Shown here piece after piece: positions 17,101 to 23,035 of a stretch of 23,035 nucleotides of DNA. The stretch comes from Verrucomicrobiota bacterium (GTDB lineage Bacteria > Verrucomicrobiota > Verrucomicrobiia > Opitutales > Coraliomargaritaceae), in the NCBI GenBank assembly GCA_039815375.1, contig JBCBZJ010000035.1, forward strand, positions 1 through 23,035, written 5' to 3'. The notes under the pieces were generated by a model. The model saw only the letters and a program-made list of their open reading frames with translations. It searched no databases and was not told the origin of the DNA. The number at the start of each line of letters is the position of its first letter. Position 1 is the stretch's first letter. The position numbers and the translations under genes were made by a program.

Positions 17101-18141
17101 TTAGCTCGCTGGCGGGAAAGTGACCGATTCTCTCAAAATCAATTCCACGGGCAAAACCATATTGCGAACAGGCAGGTCGTTCTTTTCGATCCGTTCCAGT
17201 ATCAATCGGGCGCCGATTTCAGCGATTTCCTTACGGTCGACTCGAACGGTGCTGATCGGAGGCACTGCTACCTGGCTTGGGCTATCGTCGTCGAAACCGA
17301 ATAGGCTAATATCCTTCGGAATATTGAAGCCATCTTCTTTGAGTCGAACCTGCATCTCGGACGCCAGCGTATCGTTAACCGCGATCACCGCAGTGGGGCG
17401 CTGCTCATTTTTCAAGGCCGCTGCCAGTGCTGCGTAGGCACCTCGTGTCTCATTGAAATTGCGGATGATCGGGCAAGTCAATGGATCCAGGTTATGCTTC
17501 TTCAATCCATCCTCAAAGCCAGCCTGACGCTGGTTGGCATTGTGGCCGTTCTGTTCGTAGGCCATAAAGATGATGTTCTTGTGCCCGAGCTCGACGAGAT
17601 GGTCGACGATCTGTTTGGTTGCGCCCAAGCCATCCGTTGTTACGCTGTCAACCGGTACCTTGGGTCGAGAGTTATCAATCAAAACGATTGGCAAGCCGTA
17701 GCCGTGAATATTTCTGACGACTTTTCGCGGGAATTCACCTAAGAGGATAACACCGTCTATGCCACCCTGGCAGATAAAACGAGGTGGCTGTTCGCTTAGG
17801 CTTGTTCCATCAAGTCCGGGAAGAACAAGGTTGTATCTTGCATTTTCCAGAGTTTTAGAAAGCTCACCGAGGATCTCCGCATAGTAGATATTGCGGAAAG
17901 CTGCCCCACAGGAGGGATAAAAAAGCACACCGATCGTTTCATTCAGGCGACGTCGCAAGTTACGTCCGGCTGAGTTCGGTTGGTAGCCGTTTTCCTGGCA
18001 TACGTCCAGAACACGTTGCCGAACCTCTTTACTCATGCGTCCTTTTTTATTCAGCGCATTCGATACCGTTGCAATCGAAACACCTGCTAACGCAGCTATT
18101 TCATTGATTGAGGCAGCTTTTTTTATGCTTGGTTTCTCCAA
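17101..18141 (-). CDS. LacI/GalR-family transcriptional regulator
   Basis: HTH SINEIAALAGVSIATVSNALN, hinge YQPNSAGRNL, and sugar-binding-domain motifs HLVELGHKNI, PTAVIAVND, IPKDISLFGFDD, ISTVRVD, LILRES. TTG start, with an in-frame TGA just upstream. Confidence 0.96.
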   Translation of the reverse strand: MEKPSIKKAASINEIAALAGVSIATVSNALNKKGRMSKEVRQRVLDVCQENGYQPNSAGRNLRRRLNETIGVLFYPSCGAAFRNIYYAEILGELSKTLENARYNLVLPGLDGTSLSEQPPRFICQGGIDGVILLGEFPRKVVRNIHGYGLPIVLIDNSRPKVPVDSVTTDGLGATKQIVDHLVELGHKNIIFMAYEQNGHNANQRQAGFEDGLKKHNLDPLTCPIIRNFNETRGAYAALAAALKNEQRPTAVIAVNDTLASEMQVRLKEDGFNIPKDISLFGFDDDSPSQVAVPPISTVRVDRKEIAEIGARLILERIEKNDLPVRNMVLPVELILRESVTFPPAS

Positions 18142-18150
18142 GCCTCCATT

Positions 18151-18171
18151 TTGGTAAAATCATTTAACCAA
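18151..18171. promoter_or_regulatory. Imperfect 21-bp palindrome immediately upstream of the LacI gene (candidate regulator binding site)
   Basis: TTGGTAAAAT-C-ATTTAACCAA: 9 of 10 arm positions are complementary, and it begins 10 nt upstream of the LacI start codon. Confidence 0.45.
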
Positions 18172-18329
18172 GCACAAGACTTAAGTTAAATCCGGATTAT
18201 ATAATAGGAGGAGCTATATACTGGTCGGCTGAAGGTCCAGGGAGGGCATAACCATACGTATTTTCCAGTTTGGCAGGCAGCTTGCGCCTCGGGGTAACCT
18301 GGTTCCTGAGAGTTACAGAGATAGCTCCA

Positions 18330-19478
18330 TTAGCGATCAAGCAGCTTGAGGAAGTCCTCATTGTTCTTGGTCTGACTGAAGCGATCGATCATCGCTTCTG
18401 CAGCGTCTTCCACGCGTTGACCTGCAAGAGCTCGACGGAGGAATTGAGCGCCTTCCAGGTATTTCCCGGAAAGCAGGAGTTCTTCTTTACGCGTGCCGGA
18501 GGCATTCAGATTGATTGCTGGCCAGAGGCGGAGCTCAGCAGTTTTCCGGTCGAGCACCATTTCCATATTACCGGTGCCCTTGAACTCCTGGAAGATCAGC
18601 TCGTCCATTTTGCTGCCGGTTTCAATTAGGGCAGTGGCGATGATAGTTAGGCTGCCGCCTTCTTCACAGTTGCGGGCCGCGGAGAAGAGTTGGCGTGGCT
18701 TTTCCAGTGCGCGCACATCAAGACCGCCGGTCATGGTGCGGCCGCCTTTTCCGGATGCTGCATTGTAGGCGCGGGCCAGACGTGTAATTGAGTCGAGCAG
18801 GAAGACGACGTCCTTGCCCGCTTCGACCAGGCGCTTTGCGCGTTCGATGGCAAGCTCCGCGAGACGCAGATGATTGGACAGCTCTTCATCATTTGAAGAG
18901 GCGTAGATCTCTGCGTCTACGCTGCGCTTGAAATCGGTTACCTCTTCAGGGCGCTCATCGACAAGGAGCACAATGCAATGACACTCAGGATGATTCTCGA
19001 TCACGCCATGAGCAATGTCATGGAGCAGAGTGGTCTTACCCGTGCGGGGTGGGGCTACGATGAGACCGCGTGTGCCTTTACCAATCGGACAGAAAAGGTC
19101 CATGATCCGCGTTGTCACGCGACCGTCGCTGGCTTCAAGACGAATCTGCTCGTCCGGTGCGATCGAGACCATCTGCTGAAAACTGTAGCGGCCTTTGCGC
19201 TCGTCGATGGTCGAGCCGTCGACTGTATCGATGAAGCGGACCTTTGGATTGGGGAACTTATCATTGTGCAGAGCCTTAGCTTCGATGAAGTTGCCCTTTT
19301 TCAGCCTAAAGCGCTTGATTAGCTCTCGAGGCACGAAGGGATCGCTCGGCTTGGTTTTGCCGTTGCGTGCAGGATCGAGCAGTTGGCCGGTCTTGTTCTG
19401 GAGAATCTCCAGAACGCCGGATACGGAGATCTCGTTGTCTTTCGGTTTTTCGACTTCGATTACTTTTTCTTCACTCAT
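18330..19478 (-). CDS. rho: Transcription termination factor Rho, short form lacking the N-terminal helical domain
   Basis: [19 protein letters not shown] (P-loop), [65 protein letters not shown]. Confidence 0.95.
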   Translation of the reverse strand: MSEEKVIEVEKPKDNEISVSGVLEILQNKTGQLLDPARNGKTKPSDPFVPRELIKRFRLKKGNFIEAKALHNDKFPNPKVRFIDTVDGSTIDERKGRYSFQQMVSIAPDEQIRLEASDGRVTTRIMDLFCPIGKGTRGLIVAPPRTGKTTLLHDIAHGVIENHPECHCIVLLVDERPEEVTDFKRSVDAEIYASSNDEELSNHLRLAELAIERAKRLVEAGKDVVFLLDSITRLARAYNAASGKGGRTMTGGLDVRALEKPRQLFSAARNCEEGGSLTIIATALIETGSKMDELIFQEFKGTGNMEMVLDRKTAELRLWPAINLNASGTRKEELLLSGKYLEGAQFLRRALAGQRVEDAAEAMIDRFSQTKNNEDFLKLLDR

Positions 19479-19675
19479 GACGGAGTGGCCCGTGAGGGCA
19501 TATCATTATACAGGTAGACCGTGACTCTAGGTAGTGAGTTTCAGCAAATGCACCGCCGGAGCGGTAGGTTATCGCTTGGAGTGTATCAGGTGCCTTCCTG
19601 AACAGTGCGCTTATTCAGCACTTTCCGAGACGCGATTAATAGGGAATGGTTGAAAACAATTCTCCTGTCAATGCC

Positions 19676-20143
19676 TTATCCGGCCCTGCCAAGGTGCTCC
19701 AGCATAGCTTTACCGCGGTAATCAAAAGTTTTTCTCAATTGTTGGCTTACATAAAGCTGGTGAACCAGAGCACCCAACGGGCCAAAAGGCATAACGTAAT
19801 TAACGTGGTCGATAAAGCGGACGCCACCTTCGACTTTGCTAACTTCATGATAGTGATACCAGAATTTATACGGGCCTATCCGTTGCTCATCAACAAACGA
19901 ATGGCCATCACGGATATGCTTGAGCTCGGTTAACCAGGTTTGCTTCCCCACCAGAGGAATCCCGACGCGGTATTCGATGAGTAGGCCATTATACATCTTC
20001 TCCGGGACCTCGGTCATGATCTCGAAAGTCATGTCAGGTGGTGTGATTGCATCCAGATTTGCTGGGCTGCTAATGAAGTCCCAGGCTTTTTCGAGCTCGG
20101 TCGAGATGGTTGTCTCTCGTGAAAATCTATGAATTTTAGGCAC
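19676..20143 (-). CDS. SRPBCC/START-domain (polyketide cyclase-like) ligand-binding protein
   Basis: AWDFISSPANLDAITPP, GLLIEYRV, WLTEL, FVDEQRIGPYKFWYHYH, DHVNY.MPFG.LG, FDYR. GTG start. Confidence 0.88.
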   Translation of the reverse strand: MPKIHRFSRETTISTELEKAWDFISSPANLDAITPPDMTFEIMTEVPEKMYNGLLIEYRVGIPLVGKQTWLTELKHIRDGHSFVDEQRIGPYKFWYHYHEVSKVEGGVRFIDHVNYVMPFGPLGALVHQLYVSQQLRKTFDYRGKAMLEHLGRAG

Positions 20144-20231
20144 GATAGATGATCGCTTAAATCAATCTTACCCTTACTTATTTTGCTGTAAGTTGCTCGA
20201 ACAGTGACCGTTTCCTCCATATCACATAGAC

Positions 20232-21137
<906 letters not shown>

Positions 21138-21315
21138 TTTGTCCGCATCTGCTTTCCTTCTGGATGATAGCAATTAGTATTGGCTGCAATAGGTCTTGTA
21201 ATGATTCAGGTGATCCTTCGATAAGTGTCTGGCATATCGTTCATTGAGCCTTAGCCGAACGGCGAACGAAGTAAATCTTACTAAACCACCAAAAACGACC
21301 AACGCAATTTTTCCT

Positions 21316-22548
21316 ATGGAAACCGTAGCAAGACCAGACCTCGTAACGCCTCATTGTTCGACCCCGTCGACTTCACCTCGCTTCATTGAAAGGCTTTTTG
21401 CGTTGGCCTTGAGAGGGCTGCAAGGCGGAAGTCTTAAGGTTTATTTTCCCAGTGGGGCCATCGTCATGGTTGGCGACGCGAGTTATCCTTTGCTTGAGTT
21501 AAGAATTTTGAATACGGCGTTCTTTGGTAAAGTATTTTCCGGCGGAAGCGTCGGCTTCGGAGAGTCTTATGTTGATGGTGATTGGAAGACTCCGGACTTA
21601 AGCGCGTTGCTTTCTTTGCTCGCAAGAAACCAGCCTAAGCTCGGGCCGCTTCGAAAGGGTCTCTCACTGCTGACTCGTCAGATGAACCGGCTCTACCATC
21701 GGGCGCGGAGGAATACTTTAGCCAAAAGCCGTGAGAACATTCAGGAACACTATGATTTGAGCAACGATTTCTACGCGCTTTTCCTTGATGATACCATGAC
21801 TTACTCCAGCGCGCTCTTTGAGAGCTATTACGATACACTGGAGCGCGCGCAGCTCAATAAGATCGACCGTATGCTTGATCTCGCAGGTGTTAAAGAAGGT
21901 GATCATATTCTCGAAATCGGATCCGGTTGGGGCGCACTTGCTTTGCGTGCTGCGCATCGTGGTTGTGAGGTTACCACCATAACGCTTTCGGAGGAACAAC
22001 ATGCTTACGCAAATCAACTCTTTTTTGATCAAATGGTTGATGATCGTGTGCGGATCCGCCTGCAGGATTATCGCCATCTGGAAGGAGAGTTTGATGCAGT
22101 CGTTTCTTGCGAAATGATCGAAGCCGTCGGTAAAGAATTCCTGCCGAGTTACTTCCAAACCATTCGAAATTCTCTAAAGCCCGGTGGGAAAGCCGTGATT
22201 CAGGCCATCACCATTCCGGACCAGCGCTACGCAAATTACTCCAAAGGTTGCGATTGGATTCAAAAACACATCTTCCCAGGTGGACACCTTCCATCTCCCC
22301 GTGCGATTCGCGAGTGCGTCTCGCATGCAGGTGGGATGACCGTCGAATCAATGGATGGTTTTGGCAAGGACTATGCCGAGACGCTCAGCCGCTGGGCAAA
22401 GAGCTTCAACCGGAATAAGCGCCAAGTCGAGGCGCTCGGTTTCGATGCAAAGTTCCAACGCAAGTGGAACTACTACTTGAGCTACTGCGAAGCCGGCTTT
22501 GATAATAAGCTCATTGACGTGAAGCACGTCGTGCTCGAGCGCAGCTGA
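21316..22548 (+). CDS. cfa: Cyclopropane-fatty-acyl-phospholipid synthase-family SAM methyltransferase
   Basis: GFGESYVDGDW, NIQEHYDLSNDFY.LFLD..MTYSSA, LEIGSGWG, ITLSEEQ, QDYR, EMIEAVG, IFPGG.LPS, W.YYL.YCEAGF. ATG 21316 (METVARP) is preferred over TTG 21244. Confidence 0.93.
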   Translation: METVARPDLVTPHCSTPSTSPRFIERLFALALRGLQGGSLKVYFPSGAIVMVGDASYPLLELRILNTAFFGKVFSGGSVGFGESYVDGDWKTPDLSALLSLLARNQPKLGPLRKGLSLLTRQMNRLYHRARRNTLAKSRENIQEHYDLSNDFYALFLDDTMTYSSALFESYYDTLERAQLNKIDRMLDLAGVKEGDHILEIGSGWGALALRAAHRGCEVTTITLSEEQHAYANQLFFDQMVDDRVRIRLQDYRHLEGEFDAVVSCEMIEAVGKEFLPSYFQTIRNSLKPGGKAVIQAITIPDQRYANYSKGCDWIQKHIFPGGHLPSPRAIRECVSHAGGMTVESMDGFGKDYAETLSRWAKSFNRNKRQVEALGFDAKFQRKWNYYLSYCEAGFDNKLIDVKHVVLERS

Positions 22549-22852
22549 GCTACGTCGCTGGCCTAGTCTGCAGCCTCTTCTTCCTTCGAATGGCTGTGGA
22601 TGGGCTATTCCTTTTGTTCAGGGTTAGTGGAAACAGCGCTTATCAAGCGATGTCTGTTATAAATACTTGGATCGCGTCTCGACTGCTTCCAACGGCACCT
22701 AGAGGGCACCGATGCGAAGGGTGATAAGAAAACCATCACCTCCTACAACAAGGCGCTCCCCACTATCGACTATCATTACAATAGTATTTTTTAAAAAAGG
22801 GACAGGCTAAAAATATTTGACAAAGACTCCGGCTGGAGCGATTCATTTTCTT

Positions 22853-23035
22853 ATGCGCACGCGACGACTGAAAGTATCTGGATCTGACGCTACGTATCAC
22901 TGTATGACGCGGGCGGTGAACGGGGAGCGTCTGTTTGGTGACGGGGAGAAGGAGGTTTTGAGAAAGATGTTTGGTCAGGTGGCTGACTTCTGCGGGGTGG
23001 AGCTGCTGACGTATTGCGTGATGTCGAACCACTTC
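22853..23035 (+). mobile_element. 5' part of a REP-associated tyrosine transposase (RAYT / Y1_Tnp, IS200-like HUH nuclease), running off the window end
   Basis: Manual translation: MRTRRLKVSGSDATYHCMTRAVNGERLFGDGEKEVLRKMFGQVADFCGVELLTYCVMSNHF. It contains YH..TR, LF.D and the Y-C-V-M-S-N-H-F lead-in to the HUH motif. It is absent from the ORF track because there is no stop codon in the window. Confidence 0.88.

Noticed and set aside
18280..18320. Glycine-riboswitch-like words on the - strand (ACTCTCAGG, CCGAGGCGCAA)
   Set aside because: The elements are in the wrong order, the leading GGAGAG segment is missing, and the gene context does not fit.
22663..22794. Start-less open frame (…EGTDAKGDKKTITSYNKALPTIDYHY…) before the RAYT
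   Set aside because: It could be a gene remnant, but it is short, has no start codon and has no recognisable homology.
22763..23032. 89-aa minus-strand ORF
   Set aside because: Antisense shadow of the RAYT gene, with no recognisable motifs.

Overview
Bacterial genomic DNA, most likely a marine Verrucomicrobiota member (Opitutia/Coraliomargarita-like). This is inferred from the PEP-CTERM protein, the multidomain sulfatase, the short Rho and the RAYT; it was not verified by search. Bases ~1-18,140 form a carbohydrate-utilisation-like locus with two convergent arms. The + arm holds a partial putative GH-like gene, a three-module S1 sulfatase, a PEP-CTERM surface protein, a HAD phosphatase with an N-terminal extension and a secreted double beta-helix (Pectate_lyase_3/GH55-like) protein. 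The - arm holds a LacI regulator, xdhC, mocA, a 2x[2Fe-2S] subunit, a Tat-exported IorB-type molybdoenzyme subunit, a CBM9-like lipoprotein, a cytoplasmic clan GH-A-like protein and an Na+/solute symporter. The most notable observation is an MCD-molybdoenzyme cassette with its own maturation genes embedded in this glycan locus, behind a LacI-type palindrome, which suggests an undescribed periplasmic Mo-dependent sugar or sugar-aldehyde oxidation step. The rest of the window holds a short Rho with a degenerate primary RNA-binding site, an SRPBCC gene divergent from a desaturase + cfa-like pair, and the 5' end of a REP-associated tyrosine transposase that the ORF track missed. All family calls are by motif recognition only; no database searches were run.
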